Assembly (NCBI GenBank): GCA_050273025.1
Contig: CP158636.1
Coordinates: 9,982,001 to 10,046,000 of the forward strand
DNA from: Cenococcum geophilum
Taxonomy: Eukaryota
Direction: 5' to 3'
Length of the DNA stretch: 64,000 bases
Below the pieces are notes generated by a model. That model was given only the letters and a program-made list of their open reading frames with translations. It did no database searches and was not told the DNA's origin. The position numbers and the translations under genes are program-made. Below are positions 47,897 to 61,376 of the stretch, in pieces (the first letter of the stretch is position 1; each line of letters begins with the position of its first letter).

Positions 47897-50443
47897 TCAA
47901 GTTTCACCTAGCATATCAAACGCCCAGAAGTCTGTCCATGTCCAACTAGACATGTCGTCAAGATCGGCAAAAGGTGCTGGGATCTCCTGCTTATCGCATT
48001 AGCGCATAACACTGATAATGTAGAGGAGTTCTTACAGATGACGCATTATCTAAGCCCACCACCCCCACCCCCAACGACTCCCCCTCCATCACCACGTCTG
48101 ACGCCGCGCCTGTCTGAGCAACTACTCTCCCGGCCACAGGTTGTGATTCAATTCCCGCCGTCACATTTTCCTGCAGGGCTAAAATCTTGTAGCAAATTCT
48201 CGTGAGTTTTTCAATGGCCTTCTTACCCCTGCACTTCAGATCGTCGGTGCCAGCAGGGGGGTTAGAGGAGGGCATGATGCCATATGCAGCAGACATGAGC
48301 CAGAACTCCATGTAACCAGTGCCAATACGCATCATCTTCTGCTCGAAGATCTCGATAGCCTTCTCAACGATAGAGGAGGCAGAAGATCGGAGGGAGCTGA
48401 GGATGAAGTTGTCGCCGATGCCGATATCAGTGCTGATGTGTGATGGTGGGGGAAGAACTAGAGGGGTTGTTGCCGCTGGGAGTGGGTATTTGAGAGGGTT
48501 ATTAGGGCCAGAGTAATCTGGCGGCCCAGCAGAGTTGTCGGAGAGTGCATGTTGAGGTATGGATGTTATGTAGATAGTCTGCACAATACATGTAGCAGCG
48601 CGGAAGACGTCATTTCGCAGCATGTTTAGCATGTTTTTGCCCGACCCTACAAGAGTGGAGTGATGTGTGACGAGAGTGCTTGCAGCGCTGAGACAGGAAA
48701 CAGCGGAATAGACATAACGTGAGTTAGATGTGGCGAGTGTAGCATAAGGGGTGTGAAGAATAACTAGAAACTGGCGGAGCTGGAGGTCTAAGAGAATGCT
48801 GGGAGTTGTGCAGGCCTGGTCGGACCACCGCGGAAGAGATTGGAGTGTTGAGTTAATTCTGGAATCATAATGGAGGATGTCTTCGTAGGAAATTCCGGTT
48901 TTTCGGTTGTTGAGCAATGAAGCCAGAGAGATGCGTAGGGGGAGACTACTTCGGCTTGCATGAAGATACGATGCCGCAGTGTATTGCTCGAGAGGCTTAG
49001 ACGAAGCAGGGGATGGGAAGGCCAGACAAAAAGCTTCATCATCAATATTCGCAGGGGCTGGACAATCAAACTCAAGCCCATACGCCGATGAAGGTAAACC
49101 CCTTTCGATGGAGGCTTGCAGTTCCATCTCGACAATGGTGGCCCATATCCTCCGTCTCATCTCTTTGTCGAACTCAGAGGTCTTGCCGACTTTTAGCAAG
49201 GATGGGTCTCGATGGAGTCCACTTGCTATTCCAAGTCTTATTAATTCCCCGGTATGGGCCCAGTCTTGTTTCATCTTGATACAGTTTACTTGCTTCGCCA
49301 GTACAGAGAGGCATTGGATTTGGAAGAATGCAAGAGTAAGGTGCTTCCGGCTGTGACGATGGAGCCAAGCTTCACAAGCTTCAATCCATGCTGTCGCTTC
49401 TTCACGTCCGGAGGAGCTGTCGCCGATGAAGCTTGTTTCCTCTGTAGTAGAAAGACACCGGACAGTAGCTAGGACGAGAAGAATGATTACTACCATACTC
49501 GGTGAGCGTTGCTGAGGGTCCTCCCAGAATATTTGGTAGTCTTTCCAGAAGGAAGGCCGATGTAAGATGCGGTATGTAGTTTCAAAGTTCTGGAAATAGA
49601 CAGACACCAACTCGTCCACCGTATTCTTTTCTGGAAGCAGGGCGGCGATTTCAGTGTCAGTGTAGTGGGCACTTTGGGCCTTTACTTTGGCAGCCTTTCG
49701 TCGGCCTCGAAATGTCTGGAAGTCCGCCTCGATACGTGCCCATGAAGAATCCGTGGACATAGCTTCTTTAGTAAATTTATGGAGCTCGGGAAACTGGGAG
49801 AATTAATAACAACGCAAACGCAAAATGGCAGCGTACATACATGCGATAAGAGACTTAAAGGGCTAGTAGGACCGTAGAACTGGGTCTTAAAGCTTTTGCC
49901 TCTAAACAGCATAGCCTCAGTGCGAGCCGAGACACCTCTTCTGGGTTCCTGGTGTTCAAGAGGAGACGACGTGGGAGGATGGCTCGCATTCTTAGCGCCC
50001 TCTAAAATAGATATTTGCTTTTCCAACATCTCGATCCTCTGCTCTTGCACTTTGAGTTTCCACATGACAGTATCAGGGGGCTTGATTCCTGGCACTGGCA
50101 GCACCCGTGGCTCGAGTGTGGGGTGGATATGTTGGCTACGCTGCACAGCATCAGGCTCGCCAGTTAAGTCCGGAGGGGCATTGCCATTTTGGGGTTCCAA
50201 CAGCCTCGGGTCATAGGCACAAGAATTGGCTCTGCCAGTCCTTGCACACCGACCGCATACTGGAAAAACGCGGTCACACTTCATCTTCCTGCTCCGGCAG
50301 GCATAGCAAGAGAGAACCTTCCGCCTCTTTGCTGTCCGCTTTCCCGGAGAGGCATCAGGCGAAGGTGAGCGCGAAGCCGAGCTCTGGATAGACATTTCTG
50401 GGCAGCTAGGGGGAAAGATGGCGAGTGCGGGGGCTGCGGCCAT
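47897..50443 (-). CDS. Zn(II)2Cys6 fungal transcription factor with middle homology region (exons 50443-49841, 49793-48036, 47986-47897)
   Basis: CYACRSRKMKCDRVFPVCGRCARTGRANSC cluster; YF...ILHRPSF and GLHRDP...EMRRRIWATI motifs; in-phase introns GTATGT..CAG and GTAAGA..GCTAAT..CAG; acidic/aromatic C-terminus. Alternative start at 50395. Confidence 0.93.
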
Positions 50444-51012
50444 GGAGACAAAGCGCGGAGACGATGAAGGTTGATATGCCTTCGGACATGGCCCAGCGGA
50501 GACAGGAGATCGGACTTTCGGACTTGACAGTCCATGACTAAGGCGCGGTTGTGTAAGCCAATGGAGGCAAATTACGTGAGCATAGTATTGCTCCAAGAAG
50601 CTAAGAATTGAAAACCATTCTTCTCATGTACGGGATTATATTAAATAGACAGGATGGATGGAAGTAGCGGATTTTGTCTTGGCAGAGTCTGGCTATTCTC
50701 TTTCGAGCGAGGAGCTTGTCAATGTCACGTGCAGGGCAAAAAGCGATTACTCAAACCAGACCCTGGTGGACCGTTGGTACGTGCACTACGCGCACGTGCG
50801 GACATACTGCTCCTTGTCACCAACAAATTCTCCACCAAGGATCTGAGTAAGGGTGTAAATACACCGTGTAGTTGGAATATTACACCGATATACTATATTC
50901 TATATGCCGTATAATATAAGCTTATATAATATATAATATATTGTAATCCTTAACGTCTTCCTAATTATTAAACTTTATTATCGCTAAATTTATATATATT
51001 CGGCTTGAAAGG

Positions 51013-54000
51013 TATTACGGCTCGAACAAATGCCTCTGACCCGAAGCTTGAACGAATGCTGTATTACGAAGATACTAAGCTAAGGAGAAGGAAAAGGGGT
51101 CACCAAGACTAATATAAACAAATTTATAGAGGTAACCGCCAAGGCGCTAGTAGTAGGCAAGCCAATCGTAGAGTGTAGTAGAATATGACGGAATTTGGTA
51201 GGTAATATGCCCTAGCGCCGTTATATTACCCTCCCTTTTAAAAAAAAAGCCTACCCTTAGGCTTTATTAGGAATAAGGCTAGACTAGACTGTAAAACATA
51301 AGATAAGGAAGGAAAGGAGACGTAAGTGCGTCCGGGCTAAGTGTATAAGGTGTTACGGCACTGGCAGAACTTCGCACCGGCAAGTTGCCACAGATTGCCA
51401 CAGGTTGCCGCATATTGCGATCACGTAACGCGAAGATCTTATAAAACACCGAACGGCGCTACTCTTCTTCTCCTTTCCTTTCCCTAGCTTTAAATTCTTG
51501 TTTATAGACAATCCAATTATATAGGCTTACGCGACCCTTTTGCTGTACTTATATCTTAATTAACTAAGTCGCTAATATTATCTAAAGCTTACTCTACTCT
51601 TTCTTCTTAAGAAGGAACTTAAATATATCTATAAGAATATAGAATAGGACCCTAAGGATATTACTAAGACTATAAGGACAGGACCTAAAAGAAAAGAATA
51701 AAACCCTAAGGAAAGGACCTATAAGATACGCACAGACTAGAACCCCTAAAGAAATTACCTAGAATTACCTAATACCCCTACTACTATGCTATAAACTATA
51801 GTAGTAGGTAAAGCAGCTATAGGACCCTTAAATACTTTAAATAAAGAAACAATTAACGTTTTAACCCCCTAGGCGGAGCTTATAGCTGCTAATACTAAAA
51901 TTAAACAACTATAAGAGCTGCTTAAAGCTAGAGATACCCCTATATCTAATAATAAGTTATTATTAGATAACTAAAGACTTGCTATCGTCCTTTAGGCCTT
52001 ATCCTAGCGCCTTAGTAGATCTACTAAGGCCTATATAGCACTAAAGTGGTTAGTAAAGGTCGTAGATCCCCTACTACTTATAGACGGAACTAACCCTATA
52101 TTTAATAATTAAAAGCTTTAATTACAGGATAAGCTTAAAGTTAATATAGACTACTTCCCTAGCGCCTAAGCTAGAATAGCCTATGTTTTTGGCCGTACTA
52201 GCGGAGATGCCTAGATATATTTACGCCCGCAATATACTAAAGACTTAGTAGACCCCTTTATCTCTAAAGAAGAAATAATTAAATACTTATCTTTTATTTA
52301 TAAAGACCCTTTTAAAGTATAAAACGCCCACCTTAGCTATAAAAGCCTAAATATAAAAATAATGGAGACCTTTTTGGCCTTCTAAACCCGCTTTCTATAC
52401 CTAGCCGGATAGGCCTAGATCCCCTAGGAAGACTTACTACTAGACCTCTTTAACAAGCTTACCCTAGACCTATAGTAGGCCGTATTACTAGCTTATACTA
52501 CGGTATAGACGTTAAAGGAACTTATAGACTATTGCCTAGCTATTAATTAAGGCCTTTATTAAATTAAGGCACGTGCCAACTAGCTAAAAACTAGAAACCT
52601 TATAAACTAGGCCGTAAGTACTATAAATACGGCCCATAGTGCCCTAGTATAATTGGCAACTCCTATAGTTAACCCGGTAGCTAGCTATATAGCTACCCCT
52701 ACTACGGGCCTAGTATATACCCGGCCTATATATAGTGACCCCTATATATAGGCCCTTAGCGATTAAGGAGCTTGCTTCTTATATAGTTAAATAGGCTACC
52801 CTATAAGGAACTACCTAATAAAGGCAAAGATAAACGAGGTCCTATTAATTTAGGAGAACAGCATAGAGCTAAAAAAAGAGGAACCTTAGAGGAAGACTCC
52901 TCTCTAGGGTTAAAAGGGATTAATATATTATATATTAATTTAGGTCGGCTAGTTAGTAGAAGAAGCTACACTATCCCTTATACTTTATTTCGTAATAGAT
53001 ATTAAGTTTTAACCTCTACTTTAGCTGACTTAGGAGTAAATACCTTTACCTTAATTAATATAAAGTGCGCTATAAAACTGGCTAACTTTTTAAATGCACC
53101 CCTTAAAGAACTGCCTAAACTAGTCCCTATTCGCGGTTATAATGAATAGATAGGACTACCTATTATAACTATCTTATAAGTCTACCTCCGCGTTAACGGA
53201 CGAAGGTAGTATAATATCCCCTTCCTTATTACGGACCTTAAAAGCCATAATATAATCTTAAGGAGAAAATAGCTAGCCTATTTAGGCTTATAGCTTAATA
53301 TACAGAATAGGTAGCTTATCTAGCCTAAAACTATACCCTTAACGCCTTCCTTTATAAAAGAGATTAGTATTATAATGGAAAACCTTATACGGCCGCAGAT
53401 AAACACCGTTTATTAAGCCGATGTAACGCGTAGGGACTAGGCTTTTAAGAAGGATATATAGCTTAATCCGCAACGGATCTATATACTACGCCGCCCCTAA
53501 ACTACCTATATTATACCACCCACACCAAAGACTTAGGAAGTTAGTAGTAGCCTAGCTAAGTCCCTAATAGAGAACTTAGGCCCTACGTAGCCACGAAGAA
53601 AGGCTAGGGATATTAGATAATATACTAAACTAATAAACTAAAAGGACAACTTACGGAAAATAAAACGTAAGCTAAGAAAGATTATAAACCCTATATTATA
53701 AAATACGGCCTAATAAATATCTATAAAGAAACCTATAGACCTCCTACCAGTTAATATCTATTATATTGGCGCTATAGGATTCTACTAAAACCTAGTTTAG
53801 CCTAATACTATTACCTTTATAACTAGCTTATACGAAATTAATTAAATAATTAAAGAAAAAGAAGCCCTAGCCTAAGAGAAAGGCGAGCTTATAGATAAGG
53901 AGCTAGTAGAATAAAAACTGCCCCGTTAATACCAGAAATTTAAAGATACTTTCTCTAAAGTAGCATCTAATATACTCCCGCCTTACCGACCATACAACTA

Positions 54001-57000
54001 TAAAATTAAAATTAAGCCGGATAAGGTAGTTACCCTTAGCTATAGCCCCCTCTAATAGCAATCTACTACTAAATTATAGGCTATAAAGTAGTATCTTATT
54101 AATAACCTAGATAAGGGCTTTATTGAGCCTAGTTAAGCCCCTTTTAACTTATCTATTCTCTTTACCAAAAAGCTAAATAGAGGACTTTGTTTCTATATTA
54201 ACTACTATAAGCTTAATAATTTAACCCTTAAAGACCGCTACCTACTGCCTTTACTTAATAAGACTTTAGCCCGAATAAGTAGAGCTAAGATCTTTACAAA
54301 GCTTAATATCCGCTAGGCTTTTTACTAAATTAGGATAGACCCTAAATTAAAAAACCTTACTATATTTTAAACCTATTACGGAACGTATAAATATAAAGTA
54401 CTGCCTTTTAGACTAACTAACGGACCGGCTATATACCAATAATATATAAATGACGTACTATTTAACTACCTTAACGAATTCTATATAGTATACCTAGATA
54501 ATATTATAATCTACTCTAAAAACGAACTAGAATATAAAGAGCATATCTATAAAGTCCTATAACGGCTTTAGGAAGCTAGCCTTTAAGCTAATATTAAGAA
54601 GTTAGAATTTAGTGTTAAGCGTATAAAATACCTAGGGTTTATTATTAGTATAAATAGGATCGAGGCAGACCTAGAAAAGACGGCTATAATTAACTAATAG
54701 GTACCCCCAAGGACTATAAAGGGGGTATAGTCATTTTTAGGGTTCTATAACTTCTACTAACACTTTATTAAGAACTACAGTAGGATTACCTAGCCACTAA
54801 GCCTACTTACCTACAAGGACCGGCCCTTTTACTTTAATACTATATATAGGCAGGCCTTTAACAAGCTTAAGAAACGACTGGTCTCTACTTCCTTACTTAC
54901 CCACTTTAATCTAAAACGGCCCTTAATGCTAGAAACTAATGCCTTAGATAATATTATAGCTAGCGTTTACTCCCAAAAGCAGATAAATAGAGAATAGTAC
55001 CCTATTGCTCACTATTTAAAGACTATAGTAGATGCTAAGCTAAATTACCCAATTTACAACAAAGAAATACTAGCTATTATCTCTAGCTTTTAGCACTGGC
55101 GAGCCTAACTAGAAGGCACCCCTAAGTCTATTTAGGTAGTTTCCGATTATAAGGCTTTAAAATATTTTATAATAATAAAGGCCCTTATAGCCCAATAGGC
55201 GCGCTAGGCAGACACCCTATCTTAGTTTAACTTCCTAATTATATATAGGCTAGGCGTAACTAACTGTATAGACGCTCTTATAAGGCGTAAATAGGACATA
55301 AATAACTAGATAGCCGTAAAGATCTTATTATAGACCTAAGCGCTACTATAACCAGAGCACCTTAACTCCTAGATACGGGTAGAACTAAATATAGACTCTT
55401 TAGATGCTAAGATATGCCCTATTAACTCTATAGAACTAGACCTTATTAATAAACTACTATAGGTAAACTATACGGCCCCTTCTCTATAGGAGTACTATAA
55501 AAAGGCAAAGAACGTTTCTAGCCTATAGTCCCTTAAAAGTGGACTACTTAAGTACCGTAAACAGCTAGTGGTAGTAGAGAAACAGAACTTATAGACTCGG
55601 CTTATTGCCGAAGCATATACCTAGGTCTCTACGGCCCACCCTAGAAAAAATAAGACCTATAGGATTATTAGCGACCGCTACTACTGGCCTGGAATAATTA
55701 TAAATATTAACCGCTATATACGGAACTGTAATAACTGCCATAGGTCTATAATTCCACAAGATAAGATCCTAGGACTATTAAAACCCCTCCTAATACCCGA
55801 CCGCCCCTAGTAATATATCTCTATAGACTTTTATAAGCTACCTCTAGACCGTAACGGATATAATATAGTTATAATCCTAGTTAACCGCTTCGGTAAGCGC
55901 CTGTTTTTAATTCCCTATTATAAAAATATCGATGCTAAAGAGGTAGCCTAACTGTATATCTACTACGTCTACCGAATTTACAGATCACTAGACACTATTA
56001 TATCCAACTATAAGCCGTAGTTTATATCAGCCTTTTGGAATAAGTTTACCCGGATCTTAGGCATTAAGCTAAAGCTTTTTATAGTATATTACCCCTAGAT
56101 AGACAGTTAAACGGAGATTATAAATCAATACTTAGACTAGAGACTCCAGCCTTTTATTAACTACTTCTAGGATAACTAGGCTAAACTATTACCCTTAATA
56201 GACTACGCCCAAGCGACCCTACCCTATAACTCTACTAGATTTGCCCCTATTTAACTAGAAATAGGTTACCTACCCTATATAAGCTTTAACTAGGAAAGAT
56301 TAGAAGGGCCCTAGACTATACGCGAAAAACTATCTTATAAGGAAGCCCAGCAGTACGCTAAGCGCTTAGAAGAAGCTTAAAAAGTAGCCTATACGAACCT
56401 AGAAAAGGCCTAGAAATTAATAAAATAGTAGGCGATATAGTCTAGGTTATAATAAAGAACTAAAAGATAGAACGGCCTAGCCGTAAGCTAGACTATAAGA
56501 TAGTAGGACCGTATAAGATTCTTAATAAAGTAGGCAACTTGTATAAGGTTAAGCTCCTAGACTTAATTAAAGTTTACTTTATTTTCTTACCGGATAAGCT
56601 ACGGAAAGCTGTAAATAACTTACTACCTAGATAAAAGAATAAACCTCCCCTGCTAATTTAAGTTAATAGTAATAATAAATAGGAAATTAAAGAAATGCTA
56701 GCCTATAAACTTATAAAGGGAATATTAAAGTATTGTATTAGTTGGAAAGGATATAACCTAAACCCCACTTAGTACTCTATATAGAACTTTATAGGTAGTC
56801 CCTATAAGCTTTAAGAGTTCTATAGCTGTTACCCTAATAAACCTAGACCGCTAAAGTACCTAGATAAGTAGATAGAGTGCTAGTATAATAAAGATAATAA
56901 GCTACTAGAAGAATATAAGGACAAAAACGCCCTAGAAATTTCTTAGTTATATAAGGTGTTAAGATATCTAGGAACTTTAACCGGCGGTTAAAGTTATCTA

Positions 57001-57320
57001 ATTAGTTAGATTCTCTTACTAAGACTTTTAGCGACAAAGCCTAAGAGCAGGCTTTTTTAGAGGGGGGGGTAATGTTACGGCACTGGTAGAACTTCGCACT
57101 GGCAAATTACTACAGATTGCTATAGGTTGCCGCATATTGCGATCACGTGATGCGAAGATCTTATAAAATACTAAACGGCGCTACTCTTCTTCTCCTTTCC
57201 TTTCCCTAGCTTTAGATTCTTGTTTATAGACAATCCAATTATATAGGCTTGCGCGACCCTTTTGCCGTACTTATATCTTAATTGACTAAGTCGCTAATAT
57301 AAGGCGACTGTAGATTATAT
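51013..57320 (-). mobile_element. Gypsy family B copy 2: 3' LTR (51013-51225), PPT and 3' UTR, split by element C
   Basis: Reverse complement of ~7440-7798; the sequence resumes for about 15 bp after the TAAGG TSD at 57300-57304. Confidence 0.8.
51351..57299 (+). mobile_element. Full-length Ty3/Gypsy chromovirus family C, RIP-inactivated
   Basis: 227-bp LTRs 51351-51577 and 57073-57299; TSD TAAGG; PPT agaggggggggtaa; gag, protease (ADxGxN), RT, RNase H, integrase and chromodomain remnants. Confidence 0.95.
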
Positions 57321-57321
57321 A

Positions 57322-57535
57322 TATTACGGACTTACCCGTTTTTACGTTCCTACCTATACTTACGTTCGTCCCGTAACACCTACTTACGTACTATAACAGC
57401 CCCTATATCTTAACTACGTTTACCTAAACCTATTCTATTTCCTTATTAAACGTCTTAAACTATTACGCGTTAATATACTTAGTATAGTCAATAGCTAGTA
57501 ATTAAGCTAGAAAGAGTATTTATTAAAAGTTTTAG
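57322..57535. repeat. Probable partial LTR of another element, interrupted by family D copy 2
   Basis: Begins TATTACGG (RIP form of TGTTACGG) where similarity to family B stops; no second copy in the window. Confidence 0.4.
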
Positions 57536-60500
57536 TATAATAGAACCTTGTAGCAAGAACTACAATAGGCTTATTAATAGGCTAGGTGTATAGGTGATGT
57601 AAATTAAGTCAATAACGTAATAATAACTAGTGGAGTAGTTGCCTAATAGATTAACTCTAATTATATTCTAAGAATTACTATAAGGAAGAAACTATCTAGG
57701 TAGGGTTTAAGGGTCCTTAAATATACAACCATACTCCTATAAAATCCTTCTTATATATAATATACGTGTACTTTATTTACTCTATTACGGATTATATAGA
57801 TTCTATAGATTATATAAATTACGTTATATAACCTTAGTTACCATTCCTTATTATATAGCTCTATTAGCTCTATCTTAGACCGTGCTCTAATTAACTAACT
57901 AGCTTCTTCCGACTCTTCTCTAAGTAGTTATAATATTATACTTAAAGCGTTTATAACACTATCTCCCTCCTCTCTATTTTTGTCCTTAAAGATTCCTATT
58001 ATCTCTAAGTTTTTTACTAAAGGTATAATATCTGTCTAATTAATTTAGTTAATATTATTACTTATTATACCTAAAGCAATTTCTTCTTCTTTAACTGCCC
58101 GTCGCATTCGCACTATTACTGCAATATTATCTCTTAGTAAGATTATACCGTCTCCATATTTTTACTATTTAAAAAAGGGGTTAGTTTACGTTATATTAGC
58201 GAACCTATCTTTATAACAACTGTCCTCTTACTTAAAGTATACTAAAGTAAATATTTATTTATTTTATAATATTTACTCTATCTCTAATACTAAATATACG
58301 CGACCTATTACTCTTAATAGTCATCTAATTCCCTAATTAATTTGTTTTAGGGTTTTATATTTAATCTACTGCTATATAGCTAGATAATAAACTATCTATT
58401 ACCCTAGTAAAGTTATACAGTTCTTATAATATAAAGCGGAAGGCTACTAATGCTTAGCAATAGGCCCTTAACTCTTGTTTTACGGCGTCTACTTAGTTAA
58501 TTCGTCTTAAGAAGGTTTATAAGAAGGTTTATTTTAAGGAGTAGAAACTTATAGAATAGGGTTTATAAAAACTTAGTAATAAAAGAATAGATTCTTTTCT
58601 AGCTAAGAAGGAAATAGATTTAAGTAGTTTAGTAACTACTCTTCTTAGGTTCCCCTTAGGTAACTCATTCTTTAGTAATTCTTTTTTATTAATACTGCCT
58701 AACCTAATCTCTTTTAATACTCCTATACCTTTCCTATAGCGTTCTTTAGGTTTTTTAGTAGCTCCTAGGTAGTCTTATTATAGCCTATTTACTTTACCTT
58801 ATACTATATTTCGTTGTTAATATCCTTATAACTAATAATCTTTAAAACTTACTATTTATCCTTTTCTTATCCTCTATATGTGTCTGCCTTATAAACTAGT
58901 AGCTTAATATTTCTATATACTAGTTCTAGTATCGCGATATACTATATAGAGTAGATCTTTATTTTAGCTAGTAGGTCTAATTTAAATATAACCAGTAAAA
59001 TCCTTTACTTAATTTTAAAAGGTCCTAGTTTAATATAGTCTAACTTCTTACTTAATTGTTAACTTTTAAAAAATTTATATAGTAGCTATACTTTATCTCC
59101 CTCCTTAAGATCTAGTCCCTTAAATCTCTTAGCGTTATAGTACCTTTTTATTCTCTCTTATACTTTCTTTATTAATTCCATAAGGTCTATATAAAGATTT
59201 ATTAACATCTTTATCCTTTTTTTAGCTATACTACTTGTTTTTTTTTACTTATTATAGTAATAATAATATTCTTAACTTATATCCGTAATTTGCCCTAAAT
59301 AGTAATATACCTATTTCTTCTTATAGTGTTATATTATATATAAACTATATAACTGGTAATAGTGATACCTAATTATTCTATGCGTAATTAATATAGTGTT
59401 TTAGATACTGTTCTAGTGTCTAATTTAGTCTTTTTATTTAACCGTCTATCTACAGATAATATATAGTAAAAGTTGCTGCTCTAATTCCTTATTCCGCTAA
59501 GAATACCTCCTAAAATACTACTATAAATCTTAGATCTCTATCTAATATAATTTTACTTAGTACTCTATATCTTATAAATACTTCCTTAATATAGATTCTA
59601 GCGATATCTTCTGCTAATATTTCTTCTATATATACTATAAAGTATCCCCACTTTATAAGCTTATCTACTATTACTAAGATCGCGTTATAATCTTATCCAG
59701 TAATAAAATCTCTTAATTTTAGTAACTTAACGATAAAGTCCTATAATATAACCTCCTATAGTCTCTTTAGTATTTTAATAAGTTGTAGCCCTCTATATAG
59801 CTTATACCTTATTAGTTAATTTTTCTAGCAATCTAGATATTTCTTAATAACTTTCTATACTAAGTCCTAGATTCTATTAATAATATACTCCTCCTAGAGT
59901 CTTAATACTAAGCCTATAGCTCCCTTATGTCCTTAAGTTAATCCCTTATAGAAATCTTCTATAAAGTATTCTGCTATGCTTTTTAGGATATATTTTACTT
60001 CTTAATTTTTGTATATATCTATCTATAGATCTTTTAGCTATACCTCTAGAATTCTTTATACTTAAAAGCTTTCTAGTGACTTGTAAACTTTCTTTAATTC
60101 TTTTTAAGTTACTATAATCTTTAGATAATTATACCTAATTAATCTATCTATGTCTTTTTGCAGTAAAGCCCCTAATAGCTTTTTATTATTTTATAGTTTA
60201 GCCTTTTAACTTAACGCATTAGCTCGCGTATTGTCTATACCCTTAATATACTAAATCTTAAAATAATATTCTATAAGTATTTCTGCCTATCTAACCTATC
60301 TTTAATTAAGTTCCTTTATTGTTAGGAATCTTATTAGGTTCTTATAATCCATCTTAACTATAAATAGTTTCTCTATACCTTATAAGAATGCTCTCTATTT
60401 TTTTAATACTATAACTATACCTAATAACTCCTTGTTATAGATGTTATAGTTTAACTCTAGTAGTATTATCTTCTAACTATAGTATACTACTAGATGCTAT

Positions 60501-61376
60501 CTATCTTAATATTTCTGTATAAAGTACGCCTCTAGTATAAAGTCTAATATATCTATTTCTATAACCGTTTCTAATCCTAGTTAATAGATCTTAAGAACTA
60601 ACTCCTAGGTAAATATTTCCTTAACTTATTTAAATAACTCTTACTATTCCTTTCCCTATACCTATAGTTCTTCTTTCTTTATTAACCGCGTAAATAGTTT
60701 AATATCCTTTAACTATTACGCTATAAACCTCCTACAGTAATTATAAACCCCTAAAAATAATCTTAACTGCGTAACGTTCTTTAGTTCCTACTAATTTACT
60801 ATAGCCTTAATCTTCTTTAGATCTATACTAAGTTGGCCTAGTTTAATAATAAATCTAATAAAATCGGTCTTCCTAGTAAAGAACTCGTATTTTTTAATTA
60901 CTACTAGCATCTATTCCTCCTATAGTCTCTTTAAAACCCATTTAATATATTCTTTATATTCTTCCTTAGTTATTAAGTAGATAATATTATTATTAAGATA
61001 TACTATAATAAATTCATTTAAGTGCTCTTCTAATATATTATTAATACGCTTCTAGAACGTTACTAGTGCGTTTATAAGCCTAAATTGTATAACTAATAGT
61101 TTATATAGTCCTTTCTTTAACCTAAAGGCTACCTTTTATTTATTGCCTTCCTTAATCCTAATCTAATAGTACGCCTATTTTAGATCTATCTTTGTAAAGA
61201 TTTATATATTGCCTATCCTATCTTAGATTTTGCTAATTAAGGGTAAAGGATACCTATCCTTCCTGGTAATACTGTTTAACTATCTATAGTTAATACACAG
61301 CCTTAGTTTACTATTCTTCTTTAGTATAAATAGTACTAGATAACCCGCTAATAACTATAATAGTCTAATATATCCC
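57536..61376 (-). mobile_element. Gypsy family D copy 2 (3' LTR 57536-57958 through RT), interrupted by Copia E copy 2
   Basis: Reverse complement of ~20220-24020. Confidence 0.92.
58067..58680 (+). pseudogene. Second copy of the antisense Zn2Cys6-like accessory gene of family D (3' end approximate)
   Basis: Collinear with 22900-23488; intron-like segment ~58286-58350 ending ctaattaatttgttttag. Confidence 0.62.

Noticed and set aside
47991..50596. 589-aa and 304-aa ORFs as separate genes, plus overlapping antisense ORFs
   Set aside because: They join through canonical introns into one transcription factor gene; the others are shadow ORFs.
44139..50900. Starship or other giant-element cargo
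   Set aside because: No tyrosine-recombinase captain gene or element boundary is recognisable in this window.
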